DNA of 63,144 nt, filler included. It is 7 parts of 7 records of this genome, joined end to end, with 100 filler letters (N's around TTAATTAATTAA, not from the genome) between each part and the next. Parts side by side here need not be neighbours in the genome. Positions count along the whole stretch, not along the records: positions 58,039 to 63,144 come from SRR20825010_538; 6 more parts are not named here. The stretch is one strand, 5' to 3'. Positions 61,624-63,144 of this stretch are shown here, one piece after another (the first letter of the stretch is position 1; each line of letters opens with the position of its first letter). The notes beneath the pieces were generated by a model that was given only the letters and a program-made list of their open reading frames with translations, had not been told where the DNA came from and searched no databases. A program made the translations under genes and the position numbers.

Positions 61624-61847
61624 ATGAAATATCCTGAATAACGGGGAACACAGAGGGTAGACTGAATAAAATACTCATTTTTACTTGGAAAATCTTACCG
61701 GTGATTCCCGTCGCAGGACAAATATTCCGCCTTCATCGGACCAATCATCTGAATTCAAATAGGTTTTCCGTCTGACGTTTTCACAAACCGGACACATTCC
61801 GCCCTATACTGCGCTCCACACGCCATTCATCATTCTAGGAATCACCC

Positions 61848-62561
61848 ATGCTTCGCACCGCCTTTGACGGCTCGCACCGTCGTCGCCTCTATGTCTTTCG
61901 CCACGGCGATGTTTCCTATGTCGATGACAATGGCGTGCGCGTCGCGGATTCGACCATCGTGCCGCTCACCGCATGGGGCCGCGAGCAAGCAACCATGACC
62001 GGCAAAGCACTCGCCAACATTCCCTTTGACCGCGCCGTCGTGTCGAGCTTCCCGCGCTCCGTCGAAACCGCCGAGCTGATCCTTCAGGGACGCGGCATCG
62101 CCATCGAACAAAATTCGGCCTTCGTTGAATTTCAAGGCGACAGCGCCGCGCGCTCAGACCTCACACTCGAAGAGCTCGCCTATAGCTTCAAAGACGCCGC
62201 CGTGCCCGGCGCGCGCTATGTCGGCGGCGACAGTTTTGCGGAAGTGAACACCCGCGTCACAGCCGCGCTTGAAGCACTGCTCGCAGAACCCGATTGGGAA
62301 ACACTTGCCCTCGTCGCCCATGGCGGCATCAACCGCCTCATCATCGGCTGGGCTTTCGACACGGGCCTCGCCACCGTGCCAATGATCGATCAGAACACCT
62401 GCTGCTTCAATGTCATCGACGTGGACACCGATCCCGCGACAGGCAAAGTCGTGCGCAAAAGCGTTCGCGCTATGAACACCGCCGTCTACGACATCCCCAA
62501 AGAAGGCAATCACCTCTACTCGCTCGAACAGATCGCCATGCGGATGAAAAAAGCCATCTAA
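61848..62561 (+). CDS. histidine phosphatase superfamily protein
   Basis: YVFRHG, PLTAWGREQA, SSFPRSVETA, VAHGG. Confidence 0.9.
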   Translation: MLRTAFDGSHRRRLYVFRHGDVSYVDDNGVRVADSTIVPLTAWGREQATMTGKALANIPFDRAVVSSFPRSVETAELILQGRGIAIEQNSAFVEFQGDSAARSDLTLEELAYSFKDAAVPGARYVGGDSFAEVNTRVTAALEALLAEPDWETLALVAHGGINRLIIGWAFDTGLATVPMIDQNTCCFNVIDVDTDPATGKVVRKSVRAMNTAVYDIPKEGNHLYSLEQIAMRMKKAI

Positions 62562-62567
62562 ACTTTT

Positions 62568-62621
62568 ACCTCCCCCTCGAGGGGAGGTCGAAAAAATCAC
62601 TTTGAATTTTTCGGGTGGGGG
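62568..62621. repeat. REP-like double-hairpin intergenic element
   Basis: ACCTCCCC-CTCGA-GGGGAGGT, then CGAAAAA...TTTTTCG, then GGTGGGGG. Confidence 0.5.
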
Positions 62622-62649
62622 CATCGCCCCGCAATGCCCCCACTTCCCA

Positions 62650-63144
62650 TTACCCCCTATTCACAAACTTGTCGCTCTCTGCCTGCGCCGAACGAAAATT
62701 CGTCGAAAGCTGGCTCTGGTCAGCATCCGCATAGGCACTCACCTTATGCAGCGCAAAGGCCGTCGCGTTCACCGCTTCCTTCACCATACGCACAGCCGGT
62801 GCGGGCATTGCCGCCGCCTTGCCCGCCAGCGCCATTGCCGCTTCTACCACGCGTCCATCATCGGCCACTTCGTCCACCAGCCCCCAATCCAGCGCATGGG
62901 CAGCCCCCATGCGTTCACACAGAATACAGATGCGCTTGGCGCGCGCTGGTCCCACCAATGTGATCAGACGCGGCAGCGCACCCCATTGCAGATTGATGCC
63001 AATCTTCACTTCCGGCACATAAAGAAACGCGTCTTTCCCCATCACGCGCCAGTCAAGCGCCAGTGGCAGCGCCACGCCCGCGCCCACAGCCATGCCCTCG
63101 ATGGCAGCAATGGTAATTTGCGGCATGTCCTCCCACGCCTGACA
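62650..63144 (-). CDS. enoyl-CoA hydratase/isomerase family protein (5' truncated by window edge)
   Basis: IAAIEGMAVGAG, DWRV, PEVKIG, LVGPARAK, ALDWGLV. Confidence 0.92.
   Translation of the reverse strand, partial: CQAWEDMPQITIAAIEGMAVGAGVALPLALDWRVMGKDAFLYVPEVKIGINLQWGALPRLITLVGPARAKRICILCERMGAAHALDWGLVDEVADDGRVVEAAMALAGKAAAMPAPAVRMVKEAVNATAFALHKVSAYADADQSQLSTNFRSAQAESDKFVNRG

Overview
This window is not one locus. It is seven unrelated contigs joined by 100-bp artificial linkers (N-run, TTAATTAATTAA, N-run), so gene adjacency across a linker means nothing. (1) 1-11811: conserved alphaproteobacterial envelope cluster (gltA end; uppS-cdsA-dxr-rseP-bamA-skp-lpxD-fabZ-lpxA-lpxI-lpxB). (2) 11912-19133: lower-GC contig with a dense toxin-antitoxin-like island next to gmd-fcl. 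It holds a wHTH-Fic gene, an unknown lipoprotein plus small helical protein, a coupled wHTH-MNT / XRE-HTH / HipA-like operon, and vapBC. (3) 19234-24614: partial gmd, truncated gtrA, LysR, tripartite tricarboxylate transporter and a sulfatase start. (4) 24715-43357: peroxiredoxin-like gene, lipid A acyltransferase, orphan binding protein plus hybrid kinase, msbA-like ABC, peptide-type ABC plus CocE/NonD hydrolase, MCP, atp F0 operon, smc end. (5) 43458-46892: homologous peptide-type ABC cluster from another source. (6) 46993-57938: trkH, SDR, yicC, gmk, small unknown gene, type I secretion ABC/MFP, pseC-pseB, TRAP dctM. (7) 58039-63144: tandem glycine-rich autotransporters, histidine phosphatase, enoyl-CoA hydratase. 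The best candidate for an undescribed system is the contig 2 island. Its Fic, MNT and HipA-like proteins all show non-canonical or missing catalytic residues despite open reading frames, tight gene coupling and visible operator-like motifs. All calls come from motif recognition by eye; no searches were run.
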